A stretch of 64,000 nt of DNA, taken from the NCBI RefSeq assembly GCF_004010195.1, contig NC_057718.1, positions 45,486,717-45,550,716 on the forward strand, in the 5' to 3' direction. The notes under the pieces were generated by a model. It was not told the origin of the DNA. It ran no database searches and was given only the letters and a program-made list of their open reading frames with translations. This DNA is from Chiloscyllium plagiosum. Its lineage: Eukaryota. Shown piece after piece: positions 26,900 to 40,093 of this stretch. The translations under genes were made by a program, and so were the position numbers. Position 1 is the first letter of the stretch; each line of letters opens with the position of its first letter.

Positions 26900-27100
26900 A
26901 ACAAAACAAATTGCTGGACAAGCTCAGCAGGTCTGGCAGCATCTAACGTTTTGGTTGAATGACCTTCCTCAATTCTGAAGTGTTCCTCGAGTGGAAAGGT
27001 TAACTCTGATTTTTCTCTCCACAGATGCTGTCAGACTTGCTGAGCTTTTCCAGCAATTTCTGTTTTTGGTTGATTTACAGCATCCGGGTGCTTTCAGTTT
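26900..27100. mobile_element. Penelope-derived short hairpin element, diverged
   Basis: aattgctggacaagctcagcaggtctggcagcatct is inverted as agatgctgtcagacttgctgagcttttccagcaattt. Confidence 0.75.
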
Positions 27101-27194
27101 TTATTTACGAAACTTTGAATGAGGTCTTTAAATTTTTAATGATACTTGAGAGAGATTTGATATTTGAAAACAAACCTGCATCTTACAACAGAAA

Positions 27195-28655
27195 AGCAGA
27201 GTTACTGGGGTCAGGGAGGGTCCCAGCGGACTGGAAAATTGTTAATGTAAACCTGCTGTTTAAAAAGGGAGTAAGGCAAAAGACTGGAAATTACAAGGCA
27301 ATTAGCCTGAATTCGGTCTTTGGCAAGATTGTGGAGTCCATTGTGAAGGATGAAATTTCCAAATACTTGGAAGTGTATGGTAAAATAGAGCAAAGTCAGC
27401 ATGGTTTCATCAAAGGGAAGCCTTGCCTGATAAATCTGGTAGAATTATTTGAGGAGGTAATGAGCAGGTAGATTAAGGAGAGCCAATGGATATTATCTAC
27501 CCAGACTTCCAGAAGGCTGTGCAGGAGGCTGTTGAGCAAGATAAGGGCCATGGTTTACAGGCAAGGTACTAGCATGGATAGAAGCTTGGCTGTCTGGCAG
27601 AAAAGAGAGGGTGGGGATATAAGAGTCCTTCTCAGAATGGCAGCCGGTAACAGGTCAGTGATCCACAAGGGTTAGGTGATGGGACCACAACTTTTCACTT
27701 TATTCATTAAGTAATCTGGATGAAGGAACAGAGGGCATTCTGGCTAAGTTTGCAGATGATACAAAGATAGGTGGAGAGACAGGTCGCATTGAGGCGGCAG
27801 GGAGGCTGCAGAAAGACTTAGGTTAGGAGAGTGGGCAAAGTGGCAAATGGAATACAGTGTGGGGAAAGTGCAAGGTCATGCACTTTGATAGGAAGAATAG
27901 AGGCATGGACTACTTTCTAAATGGAGAGAAAATTCAGGAGATCTGAAGTGCAAAGGAATTTGGAAGTCGGAATCTGGGATTCTGGAAAGTAAACATCTAG
28001 TAGTTAGGAAGTGAAATACAAAAGTTGGCATTTATTATTTAGAGAGGACCGGAATATAAAAGCAGGGATGTACTCTTGAGGCATTATAAAGTTCTGGTCA
28101 CATTTAGAGTATTGTGATCAATTTTGTGCCCCATACCTCCAGAATAATGGGTCTGGAGAAGGGCGAGGAGGTGGTTCAAGAGAATGATCCAAGAAATGAA
28201 AGGTTTAACATATGAGGAACATGGAAGGACTCTGGGCCTATACTCGATGGAGTTTAAGAGGATTGGGGGGGGGGGGGGTTCTAAGTGAAAATTATAGAAT
28301 ACTGAATGTTGCACAAAGTGGACATTGAGAAGATTTTTCAATTGGCAGGAGGGACTAGGACCCAAGGGCACAGCCTTAGAGTAAAGGGAAGACCCTTTAG
28401 AACAGAGAGAAGGGGAGATAAGTCTTCAGTCAGAGAGTGGTGATTCTATGGAATTCATTGCCACAGAAGGCTGTTAAGGCCAGGTCATAGAGTATACTTA
28501 AGACAAAGATGGATAGGTTCTGGATTGTCAAGGGGATCAACGTTTACAGGGAGAAAGCAGGAAAATGGGTTTGGAGAAACCTATCAGCCATGATTGAATG
28601 ATACAGCAGACTCAACAGGCCAGATGGCCTAATTTCTGCTCCTGTGTCTTATGGT
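27195..28655 (+). mobile_element. 5'-truncated CR1 LINE (RT through 3' UTR), frameshifted
   Basis: VPADWKIVNVNLLFKKG...GNYKAISLNSVFGK...QSQHGFIKGKPCLINL; nucleotides for KFADDTK at ~27745; typical CR1 3' end. Confidence 0.9.
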
Positions 28656-29491
28656 ACCCAAGATGCTAGAAATATGCAGCAAGCCTTATGTGGATGGAAA
28701 CAATTTAATTCATGTTGATGTACTTCCATCAAGCTCAGGGTTTCTTTTGGGATAACTGGGGTTTTGAAGGAGGGAGGGAGTGTTCTGTTTTGAGACATAT
28801 CTGGCACAACTTGTGCAGCTCAACTTTATTAGCCATCATTCTAAATGAAGTCAAAATTACTGATTCCAATTGCTGGACAAGAACCTTCAAAAAAGTTGTG
28901 CAGGCAATGAACTTCATATTAGAATCCTAAACTTTGGTGACTATCAGAAACTAAGTAAACACACAAAAAAAATACACATTTAACTTTATAAACATGGGAG
29001 TTAAGATTAGCACGTTTTGAACTGTTGAAATAAAAATAAATTTGTGCAAATTGTTTGATTACAGTTACCCTAAAACCCACAAAGCTCAGTGCATTCTGGC
29101 AGAAAATAAAGTGTTACTTTTGTTCAGTATTATTTTCAGTGAAGAAATAAATAGTTGAAGTTCAGAAAAGGATGCACTTTTAGATACCAGTTTCAATGCA
29201 TTATAAGTTCTGGAAATGCATCTACAGCTTTAATAAGTGATGCACAGTGGGATATTTTCCATCAAGCATTTTGAAAATACTCAAGCCTACATTACACAAT
29301 ATGCATGATCTAACAAAATCAAGGCAGACATAAGTTCAAACTCTTTCTTATCCAGTAATTTAGTTTATGTAAAGTACACAAGAGCTTCCTTTGGAACATT
29401 CCTTTAAAAACAAGCCATCAACAACACAAAATATCTGTTATAAAATCAATGCTTGGTGGCAATGAGGAAAGCATGAGGGTAAATTTATTAC

Positions 29492-29600
29492 CTTCCTTAG
29501 TGCCTTAGCTCCAGCAGAATGATGTTCCAGGCCCATATATAACCGTCCTAGTTTCAGCCACATTGAAGCAACATTCAGAGAATATGCTGGATAATGTTTA
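29492..29600 (-). CDS. SMYD2: SMYD2 coding exon (SKHYPAYSLNVASMWLKLGRLYMGLEHHSAGAKALRK), TPR-like C-terminal domain
   Basis: aagcag|t aaa cat...agg aag|gtaata; 109 nt; phases fit both neighbours. Confidence 0.95.
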
Positions 29601-32600
29601 CTGCTTTAAGAAAAAAAAAGCAATATTTTTTTTAAAGCTTCAAAATTAAGATGCTAATTTTCTTCTGCCCTCCTTTCATTCTCAATCTGTATATTAGCAA
29701 CTGGGAGTTGAGAGTGGGATAACCCCAAGGATTCTAAAAGCTTCCAACTGCAAGGCAAGCTTCTAATCCCAAATTCTCCCCACTACAAGAAGAACACCTC
29801 CTTCCACCTCCACATTAATCTTTACCATCCCTCGCTTAGCCCAGCTCTTTCTAAAGCTTCAGTCATGCCTGTCAAAGTTTGAACGTGCTATTGCTCCTCT
29901 GCCAACTTCTCATCCCCCATAAACTTCAACAAATCCAAAGTTCCAGTCTTTGCCTCAATTCATAACAAACTTTGATCAGAACTGCACATTACTCTCCAAA
30001 CTCAATGTTTTCTCATCCCAAAAGGCTTACATTGAAAAGAAAATCATAGAAGTTTTCAATTCCTCTATGGCCTCACCGCTCCTCCTTTGCTGTTTTTTTA
30101 TCTGCAAAAACGCTACTCCATCTAACTCTGTAGCATGTGCATTTCTCACTCACTCCAGCCCTCTATTGTAGCTGAAGGCATGGCCAACGTTCAGAAATTA
30201 AACACACTCATCCTCTCCACCAAGATCTGTTCTTAAGATTGTCTGTGAAACATCTTTTCAAGAAAGATTTTAATCACTTTCCTGACCATCTCCTTTTAGT
30301 TAGACACCCTTATATAGTTTTCAGCATTAGAAACAATTGTTACTGATGAAACAATATTTAAGTTTTCAAGTAAAATATCCCTGGCATTGTTGAAGTGTCT
30401 CAGTGGATAAATGTGTAATCTTTTTTATAGTCACTTAAATCTAAAAGGTCAAAATCATTTCAAACACATTGGATGAAAGACTGATAAAATAATTTTCTCT
30501 CACAAATCTTAATTCAGGTGTTAAATGAATGGGTCACCATTTCACAAATATATCTATAATCAGAGCTCAAATTAAGAATTCCAATTGGAAAGAAAGGCTG
30601 ATGTGGAAAATCCAGATGCTCAAAGATAACAGCAAGTGCGTTTATTTTTCTTACAGATGTGCACACAGTGGAGAAGGTTTTATCCAGACCGTGCTGTATG
30701 ACTCTGATGGTTAACCAGACCTGGAAATGCAGACTTTTATGAAAAATGTTGTACCATCAAAAAGCCAAATCCATCAGCAGTGCACATCAGGAAATCATGG
30801 CACATCATGTTTTCATTTTACTGAGAGCATAGTTAAGTTTAGTTCACTCATGGATTCCCAAAGTGTTTCCAGTGAGTGAACATCCAATTTGCAAGCTCAG
30901 CTTTCTGAAATTTGTCACAGAATCTCAGTGCAGAAGGAGGCCATTTGCCCCCCCCAAGTCTGCATCAATGCTTGAAAGATCATCCCGCCCTATCCGGTAA
31001 TCCTGCAGTTAGCATGCTCACCCACCTAACCTGCACATCCTTGGACTCTGTCTTTGACATTAGGAGGAAAAATAAAGAAATGAATCTTCATAATGTAGAA
31101 TATTACAGAACAATATCCCAACAGAAAATCTGAGTTAGTCAGTCGCAATGACTTATTGCGTAATAGAAAATTAGACTCAGACACAATAATAATGCTCTGT
31201 ATTATACATTATTCCAGTATTCATCTTCAGGGCCAGGATCCAAAGTCAAAATCAGTCTTCATTCATAAAGAAGGTCACATATTAAAATCTGCAGTTTTTG
31301 CTATAATCAAATATTCAGGTTTATTAAAAGTAAATGGTAATGTGCAACCATACATCAATACAGTCACTAGATTGTAGTATTTAAATTGACGACTCCTTGG
31401 CTCAGAAAGTGTCAGTTTCACGAAGTTTCTGCAATGGAAATGCTTGCAGGGCACAACGAACTGAACTGCCAAACATATTTCTCAATCACTGGTAGGATAT
31501 GTTTGATGACAGTTCTGTGCACAGTCAAGGGCTACCTGCAAGTATATTTTGCAATTACAATATTCAACTAATTGTAGGATTCAAAAACACTGTCTGCAAT
31601 AAACACACTCAGCCCTCGGGTGTGATAATAACCTCAAAATAGTCTGTTTCTGTCTTCTTCAGATTTAAATTGCTTTGAACAGCTGAGAGGACTGAGAAGG
31701 AACAATGTTAGCCTTGGGAAATGGCAATAGACAGTTTTAAATAGGGTGAAGTGTAAAATGGACTATCATTTGTTGAATGATAATGTGACAGCTTCCATGC
31801 CACCAATTTGATCCTGATTGTACATTTTGTCTCAAATGTAATTAACAGCAGAAAACGGAAAGGAATATCCTTTAGGGAAGGAAACCTGCCATCCTTACCC
31901 AGTTTGGCCTACATGTGACTCCAGTCCCTGCAGAAGGATACTGCCTTCTGTAGACATCACCGTCACAATGCCTCCCCAGGAGCTTTCTGCCACATCAGGG
32001 TACCCATAATTTCCTGCACAAAGCAACAGCATCCAGGATGCGAGAATCAAAAAGTGGTTAAAATGTGATAATACCAGGTACGACCAAATTGAATGACCAG
32101 ATCCACTTTTTAAAAGAAGAAAAAAAAAAATGCTTGTCTAGAAAGTTTTAAATACAACTACAATCTACTGCTGAGGACAAAAGAAAAAGTATGTTACAAC
32201 AACAAATTAAATTTATCTAAAACAGGAGCAGCTTAGAGCCTGAAGACAAGGCATCACTTGATGGGTACTGTGACTGTGCCTGCTTTGTAGACAAAAGAGA
32301 AACATGAAGGATAGAATGTTCAGTATAATTTACTTTTCCTCATCTTGACTGTGCATTAAGAAAAGGGCAGGCAGCTAATTATTTGATGAGGTGCAAAACA
32401 CCCCCTCCCTCCACATGGAAGAGCACAGAGCCTGGTGCATCGCTGTCACATTTCGAAACTTGCCACACATAAGTGCAGACACAAATCCACCTCTACCATG
32501 GAAAGCTTCCTGAGAACCTGGGTCTGTTTATTTGGCTCATCACAAGTTATTTTCCACATCTAGCTTGTAGGCCATTTTCTCTCTACACAGGAAATCCAAA

Positions 32601-33019
32601 CAGAGCTCCCTGGCTTACATTTTCACAACTCCACGGCTCCCTAATTTGAAATCACCTGCATTTTCTGTCATGCTTGCCAATACAAAAATATACAACATCT
32701 TAGCACGAGGAGAGTCTGCTGCTCCCTTCTGGCTACCTGAATGTAGGCTCCCCTCATGGAAATTGCTAGTCATTAGATATAAATAAAGTAGTTATTACAT
32801 TTTTAAAATTAAGTGCTCTGTAAAAGTAATGTGGTTGCATTATACTGCACCATGCAACAATTTAGGATTAAATTTGCACTGTACACAAGTGACTCATGCA
32901 GATGTTAAACTATTAATATCTGCTCTAAAACCCAAAGTAAATGAACTATTTTTAGAAATTATCCTGTAGAAAGATTACAAGAAATAAATACTGCATTAAC
33001 TGTATGTTCTTTCGATCAC

Positions 33020-33194
33020 CTGTAAGGTTTGATTATTTTTTGACCATAGCGCAAGGCTCCATCCCAGTCTTGCATATAAAGGCAGACTCCCATGGCCTGG
33101 TACATCATATGCAGCATATAGACATTGTTGTCCTCAAACGTGGAGCCCATCTTATCCAGACTTAACTCGCAGATCTCCAGCAGCTCACTAGGGG
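33020..33194 (-). CDS. SMYD2: SMYD2 coding exon (TPSELLEICELSLDKMGSTFEDNNVYMLHMMYQAMGVCLYMQDWDGALRYGQKIIKPY)
   Basis: Acceptor is AC (tggcac|cc cct agt) after the U12 branch site TTCTTAAC; donor ag|gtgatc; 175 nt. Confidence 0.95.
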
Positions 33195-36100
33195 GTGCCA
33201 GATAGTTAAGAACTGTACAAAAAGAATATCATGGAGCTCAAAGCTATTCTGTAATGAAAGATTAAAACAAATACTTCACTTTGAAAATTCATAGTGCTTC
33301 TCTCGCACAAATTGTGTCCTTCACAGTGCTGGGTCTGTACAAGGACATTTCTCTTACTCAGAGAACTTTGGTTGTGGAATCTGTGAAGATGAACTGACAA
33401 CCCAGAGGAAATAATCCAAGACCTTCAAAACCATTTAAAAACCAAATTCTCTCACTAACATTGAGATCCTGGAAATTATTACTGTTAGAACCAATCATTT
33501 CTCATATCCAGGAACACAAAGATATCTCCAATGGTGACAAAAAGTCACTATCATATTGGTCTACATACAATTATTTCCATGTAGTGCAGTCAATTTAATT
33601 TGCAAATCTTTTTCCAGTCTGACTCAACACATCTTGCATAACCTCTCAAGTCAAAGTTTCTATCACTTAGATTCATTCTGATACTACACTGCAGCTTTAA
33701 TATCCTTTGTTTAATCATACACTCAAAACAGCAAACAGCATTAATCATGGCCTGTCACTTTTTGATCCTGTACTCATGTTCGCATGGTCAGAGTGAGGGA
33801 GATTTCAGAGCAAGACAGAGACAGAGGTGCTAACTGGAAATTTGCAGCAGAGGGGAATTTAGGTGTTTTAATTAATGTTTACTGAAAGAGAAGCTGAAGG
33901 ATTATTTTGTATATGTTTTCATTGCGGAGGATACAAGAAATCCCTCAGATGTAGAGATCCAAATGGCTAAGGAGAATGAGGAGTTGAAGGAAATTAGCAT
34001 TAGCAAGAATGAACTGGAGAAATTAATGGGGCTGAAATGCAATAAAACTGCCAGGATGTGATATTCAAAGTCTGGAGTGCTATGGAAGTGACTACAGAGT
34101 GGGTAAGACATTGAGGAATTCTCTTCTAAAATGACTCCTGTAGTTGGAAGGTAACAAGCATCAGCCCGTTATTTAAGGAGAGAGTAAGAAAACAGGGAAC
34201 TACGGATCTGGTCTTACACGGTATTAGGGATAGTACTAGAATCTATTACAAAGAATGGGGGAAACAGACACTTGGACGAGAATGATCTGATTGCAAACAT
34301 GCTCACTACGTCAAAATGGGAAATCATTTGTGATGAACTTGAAGGTATTACTAACAAAATTAATGGAACAGTACTATATCCATCAACACGATTTTCTGAA
34401 GGCTTTTGATAAAGACTCCACAGGAGACTGGTTAGAAAGGTTAAAGCATGGGATAGGATGTAATGTATTGGCACAGATGAATGATCAATTTCGATCAGTT
34501 AGCCAGAGAGCAGAAATAAATGGGTCACTCATGTTAGCAGACTGACGAGTGGGATAGCAGAAGGATCAGTAAACTTGCGGACCCAGCTATTCACAATAAG
34601 TATCAATGATATCAAGATGGGATCCAAATGTAACATTACCATACTTGTGGGTGATAAACTTCTAAGTGGGAATGCGTGTTATGAAGATGTGAAGCACCTT
34701 CAGGAAGGTTTGGACAGGTGCAGTGAATGAGTTGGAGAGTGATGCTGGAAAAGCACAGCTGGTCAGGCAGCATCTGAGGTGCAGGAGAAATCGACATTTC
34801 AAGCACAAACTCTTCATCAAGAACTTTGTAGGTTTAAGTGATATCACCTCTCAGCCCTTGAAACTGTAGAGTACAGGACAAGTTTGCCCAATCTCTCTCC
34901 ATGGTATAGTCCTACTATCCTGGGAGCAAGTGCAGTTTCCTATGGAGTCTTTATCAAAAGCCCTCAAAATTGAAATATCGATTCTCCTGCTTCTCGGATG
35001 CTGCCTGACCAGCTGTGCTTTTCCAGTACCACACTCTGACTCCGACCTCCAGCATCTGCACTTCCTCTCAGATTAAGTGAATGGTCAAGAGCATGGCAGA
35101 TGGAAAATACTGTGAAAATATGTGAAATTATCCACTTTAATAAGTGAAACAAAATGTGCAAAGTATTTCTTAAATGGCCAGAGATTGGAAGGTACAGACA
35201 TACAGAGGGACTTAAGCATCCTTCTCAAGATGTCACTGAAGGTTAACGTGCACATTCAGCAGACTGTTAGGAAGCCGAATGGAACGTTAGCTTTTATTGC
35301 AAGAGGATCTGCATTAAAGTCTTGCTTCATTGACATAGAGCTTGGTTAGACAGTCTCTGGAGTACTGAGTGCAGTTTTGGCATCCTCATCGCAGGAAAAA
35401 TATTGTCAGAGACAGTGCAATGAATGCACACTACACTTGCCCCTAGGATAGTAGGACAATGCCATAGAGAGATTAGGCAAACTGGGTCTGTACTCTCCAG
35501 TTTCAAGGGATGAGAGGTGATATCACAAACCTACAAAGTTCTTAAATATAGTGATAGACAAGGTGGATACAGGCAAGAGGTTTACCCTGTTTGGGAGTCT
35601 AGAACCAGGGGCACCATTTAAAAACAAACGGGGACACCTTTTAGGAGTCTCTGCCCCGGCAGACTATGGGAGCTCCATTTTCCACCTTGTTTAAAATAGA
35701 AATTGATATATTTCGGATTATCAACAGTGTACCAGGTTATAGAGATGGTAAAAGGGCACTGAAGTGTTTGATCAGCCAAGAGCATATTGAATGTGCAGGG
35801 TGGGCTTGACTGGCCGAATGGCCTTCTCCTGTCCCCATTCGCTCGTTTTGTAAAACCCAAGATACTCAAAAAAAACTTGCCTCATAAGGAATGGTGTTTG
35901 AAATAAATGGCTCTCGTCACATTCAGTGGTTGTTCAGTTCGTACCTGCTTTCATGATTTTCCCTCCCACAATTTATCACCTCACTTCTCTACAATCAAAA
36001 TTACTCCTGCTGCCAATCTGCTCATTGTCTATTGTGCTGGCTCCTGTCTCAAGTTTAGTGTAGTTTTCCTGAATAAGTCTTCGACTTTGTGCCTTCAGCA

Positions 36101-36319
36101 ATTTTTAACAGCTGTTTATTCCCAGGTCCAAATACTATGCACCAGGAACAAGGATAGTAAATAGCTAATATCATACAGGGTTTGAACAGCATTCGGAAAT
36201 AACTGAAATTAAATAATTAAACACAAGAAAACAGCACCACTGAAATCTGCAGTAGTTTGGTTTTTACAGAGGGGTATGGCGTATGACCAATTCACAGCAA
36301 AAATAAAAAAAAAGGATAT
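33195..36319 (-). other. SMYD2: U12-type (minor spliceosome) AT-AC intron of SMYD2
   Basis: 5' site ATATCCTTT (36319-36311), branch site TTCTTAAC (33212-33205), 3' end CAC; joining gives the in-frame KHYK-T-PSELL. Confidence 0.93.
33890..35845 (+). mobile_element. Old, degenerate CR1 LINE inside the U12 intron, with a nested PLE-type inverted insertion at ~34735-35070
   Basis: Decayed CR1 ORF2 pieces (DFLKAFDK, FLNGQRLEGTDIQRDL) and 3' end gggcttgactggccgaatggccttctcctgtcc. Confidence 0.8.
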
Positions 36320-36440
36320 TTTTGTAATGCTTTGCTCTTCTGAATTCCTCAATTATATTCCGAGCATATTTGATCATGTCCTTGATGACCTCTGGCTTTG
36401 GTGGTTCACCATATTTTGTAAGCTCCAACTTTTCTTTATC
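36320..36440 (-). CDS. SMYD2: SMYD2 coding exon (DKEKLELTKYGEPPKPEVIKDMIKYARNIIEEFRRAKHYK)
   Basis: ctgcag|gat aaa...tac aaa a|atatcctt; 121 nt; matches human YARNVIEEFRRAKHYK. Confidence 0.95.
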
Positions 36441-37296
36441 CTGCAGAGATGGATGGGAATATTTATTTAATATTAAAGACTATTAAACAGTTGAAGTTAT
36501 AACTTTGTGCAAATTAGCATACTGTATTCACTGCTCGTGATGTCATCTCATCTACACTGGGGAACCAAAGCATAGACTGGGTGACCATTTGTCAGAACAT
36601 CTCCGTTCAGTTGGAAAGTACAACCACAGCTTTCCAGCCTTTTTGTGTCAAGATGGAGTTCTGCAACATTAGATTGCAATCTCCATCCCTATTTTGTTTT
36701 GTTTTCCTCATTTCCTCCTTTATAAAACATTTACTTTGCATCAGGCAGGAAGTCATTCGCCACATTTTGATAGGAGTTATGTCGCAAAATGCTCTTTTGG
36801 CAGAGAAATACAAAGGAACATCCCAATGACATGAAAAGCCCTGCACAAATACACATTGCGTCATGGGGCTTGTATCAGAGATATGGATTTGGAGAAATCA
36901 ACCAAGCAGCCCCTCCAGCCTGCTCAACCACTCAATAAGACCATGGCTAATCTGTTTGTAACTCAAACTTCACTTTCCAATCTACTTCCAAGAACCTTAG
37001 ATAGATTTTTGCTAAGTAAGGAAAAAATCGATCTCTGCATCTACTTTGCTCAAAAACCTTTTTTTTTGTGGCACCTTGTTAAATGCCTTTTTCAAAACCA
37101 AAAAGCAGTGTCCACAAGCTCCCTCATATCCACCGCCCATCACCCCTTAAAAGCACTCCAAAAACTTTGGTGAAACACTGACTCTTCTCAATTATTGAAT
37201 TTTTCTAAGTGACTTCCTTTAAGAATGATTTTAACACCCTACGAATGACAAATACCAAGCTAACTTGTTCATATTATTTTCATCTCTCATGAAATT

Positions 37297-37470
37297 TAAC
37301 TGCAGATGCTGGAATCCAAGGTAGACAAACAGGAAGCTGGAAGAACACAGCAAGCCAGGCAGCATCAGGGAGGTGGAAAAGTCAACGTTTTGGGTGTAAC
37401 ACCTGAAACATCAATTTTTCCACTTCCTGATGCTGTCTGGCTTGTGGTGTTCTTCCAGCCTCCTGCTCAA
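37297..37470. mobile_element. Penelope-derived short hairpin element
   Basis: caggaagctggaagaacacagcaagccaggcagcatcagg is inverted as cctgatgctgtctggcttgtggtgttcttccagcctcctg; starts with the family terminus actgcagatgctgga. Confidence 0.8.
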
Positions 37471-37809
37471 CTTTAAAATTTCAAGCCTCCTTCATTTTTT
37501 GAAGAGGCACATTACAATTGCTGCTTGCCGGCCTGATAGAACCTTTCTAGAATCTAGCAAATTGGGCAAAGTTCATGTCAATGCATTGACTACATCATAA
37601 GTCACACCTTTTAAAAAAGGGCCTGAGGATGATATCTATCTAGACCCAGGGGCTTAGCCATCTGCAGCTCTATCTGTATGCCCAGTACTTCCCCAGGGAT
37701 GACAATTTCAAGTTGTTCAACTCTTCCTCCCACCTTTTGCTTTACAGCTAATTAAGGAGATTAATTCATATCACCTATGGTGAAGAGAAAAGCAAAATAT
37801 TTATTCATA

Positions 37810-38376
37810 GTGATAAAATGTGCTTTTAAGAGGCATTTATTCTGCCCTGTTTCTCTTGAAAACAAGAAAACCTGGCGTCTGCTCCAGGGAACACAGTAAA
37901 TAACTTTACATATTTTAAAAAAAAACTACCCAGTCAAAGGATGCATGAGTGGGTGGAGAGACACACGTTTTAGTTTTTTCTTTCAATTGTTGAAGCTGCA
38001 ATTTTGGAGCTACTGCAAAAGCCAGAGCTAACTTTCTACTGCTGGATTCAGGCTTTTCTGTTTTCTCCTGGACTAGAGATAGCATGCAAGGGGAATCAGT
38101 TTTGATGAATTTGCTTTTGCCAAGGGTGTGTTTATGGGATGGTGCTATACTAGAACGGTTGATGAGCAATAATTAAATAATATTATTTTGTAATCAATTC
38201 AATAAAAGTTCAGTTTTTTTCTTTTAACTATGGTGCAAGAATAACCGGTTTTGCTTAAAATCTAGTAGTTTGGCGTAATTGAACACAGCACCTTACACAT
38301 GCCTTTAAATAATGATAAAAGTTAGGGTCTGACCATCTCCTGGTTATGTTTTGAGGGTTTTAGTTTAATCCATAAC
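37810..38376 (+). mobile_element. Possible solo LTR
   Basis: Begins GTGATAAAATG and ends CCATAAC, like the TGTGACA...CCATAACA termini of the LTR at 47904-48281; internal AATAAA at 38201. Confidence 0.45.
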
Positions 38377-39268
38377 TTAATTTGTCATTTCTTGGTCATC
38401 TATTAACAGGCCATAGGTGTATTTTTTGGGCTGTACATCCAGAGTTTATTCCATTCACTTAGAATCAGTAAATTCAGAAAGTTTTCACCATCTGAGTGGT
38501 TGAATTCTAGAGTAATTGTGTCGGGGATAATTACCCTGCAGCTACAAAAACCAAAATGAAAGGGCCATCAACTTCAGCAGCACAAGATTTCATTCTCCAA
38601 ATATCTAGATAGTGAGAGGTGCAAACTGTACAGTGAGAGCCACCTGGGAAATGGCTGTGATTCACAAGCAACCCGGCAAAGCAGCACTCCCCAGTCACAA
38701 TAAGGGAAACTAGGAAGAGCTACCAGATACAGAAGATTAAAAGTAAATACAGATACCAGATACTTGTAATTATGAAAGCCAGATCAGTCCATTACAGATT
38801 GTAGACCTGTTAATTGTTTGGAAGCCCTTTCCAAAAAAGGTGAAAGGTGTTGAAACCTTGAAGTCAAAATTGAGCTGCTGCAATGCCTTCTGCAGTTGAA
38901 GGTTGCTTTTACAGGTGGAATCAGCAAGTAAGGCACATGGCCAAAGTCACATTTAAAGAAATCAAACTGCAGGAGCTGCAAACAGGTTCAGCAAGATCCA
39001 AATGCCAACAGCAAAGCCAGGTCACTGGAATGGTCATATCCTGCTCCAGTATCTCGAGAGGCAAGGACCTCCAGGTTTGGAAGGCCTTGCTGCATCCTAC
39101 ATAACATGACAATATTGGTGTTATCCTCAGAGCACAGATGGTGTGGGCTCTGCTCACAGAAAACCAATACCCTGACATGTAACTGCATGAGGGGAGGGAG
39201 GGTAGAGAGAGCGAGAGACTAAAAAAAAAAGCAGAAAAGATGATGTGGTTGAAAAAAAAAAAGGTTAC

Positions 39269-39379
39269 CTTTGCTTTTGTTGCACATTCTCTGCAGTCAC
39301 AAGTGAAGAAATAGGAATCCCTCAGTCGATCCTGTCGATCCTCAGTTGGATACAGAAGATCGATATAACTAGTGAAAAT
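39269..39379 (-). CDS. SMYD2: SMYD2 coding exon, SET end and post-SET (IFTSYIDLLYPTEDRQDRLRDSYFFTCDCRECATKAK)
   Basis: ctttcag|att ttc...gca aag|gtaacc; 111 nt; SYID catalytic Tyr, YFF and the CxCxxC zinc ligands are present. Confidence 0.96.
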
Positions 39380-39611
39380 CTGAAAGGTGGCAGATCAAAG
39401 AGATGTGCAATGAAAAACTTATACATTCCATAAACCTACAGTTTTATTCAAAAGGGAAAGAGAATCCTTTGCATCATAAGCATCCAAGAAAAATATTATG
39501 ACTAGACTACTCTATGGCTTAGTACTTTGAGGATGTACAGGTTTTGTTTGAAAGTACTACTCTTTTGGTTCAAGTTGGTTTTTCCTACTGAATAAGCACA
39601 TGAAGGATTAA

Positions 39612-40032
39612 ATCATAGAACGAGAGAGTCAGATGTGCAGCATGGAAACAGACCCTTCGGTCCAACCCGTCCATGCCGACCAGATATCCCAACCCAATCT
39701 AGTCCCACCTGCCAGCACCCGGCCCATATCCCTCCAAAACCTTCCTATTCATATACCCATCCAAATGCCTCTTAAATGTTGCAATTGTACCAGCTTCCAC
39801 CACATCCTCTGGCAGCTCATTCCATATACGTACCACTCTCTATGTGAAAAAGTTGCCCCTTAGGTCTCTTTTATATCTTACCCCTCTCACCCTAAACCTA
39901 TGCCCTCTCGTTCTGGACTCCCCGACCCCAGGGAAAAGACTTTGCCTGTTTACCCTATCCATTCCCCTCATGATTTTGTTAACCTCTATAAGGTCACCTC
40001 TCAGCCTCCGAAGCTCCAGGGAAAACAGCCCC
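39612..40032 (-). mobile_element. CR1 LINE 3' end, well preserved
   Basis: ORF 39840-40091 GLFSLELRRLRGDLIEVNKIMRGMDRV...TRGHRFRVRG...RDLRGNFFT. Confidence 0.92.
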
Positions 40033-40093
40033 ATATAGTGCAATAATACATTTCTCCAGGGAAAACAGCCCCATATAGTGCAATAATACATTT
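40014..40093. repeat. Perfect 40-bp tandem duplication across the CR1 5' truncation junction
   Basis: ctccagggaaaacagccccatatagtgcaataatacattt x2. Confidence 0.95.

Noticed and set aside
31870..31930. Short remnant resembling an old shark SINE/LINE 3' segment (ggaaggaaacctgccatccttacc...acatgtgactccag)
   Set aside because: Too short to classify with confidence
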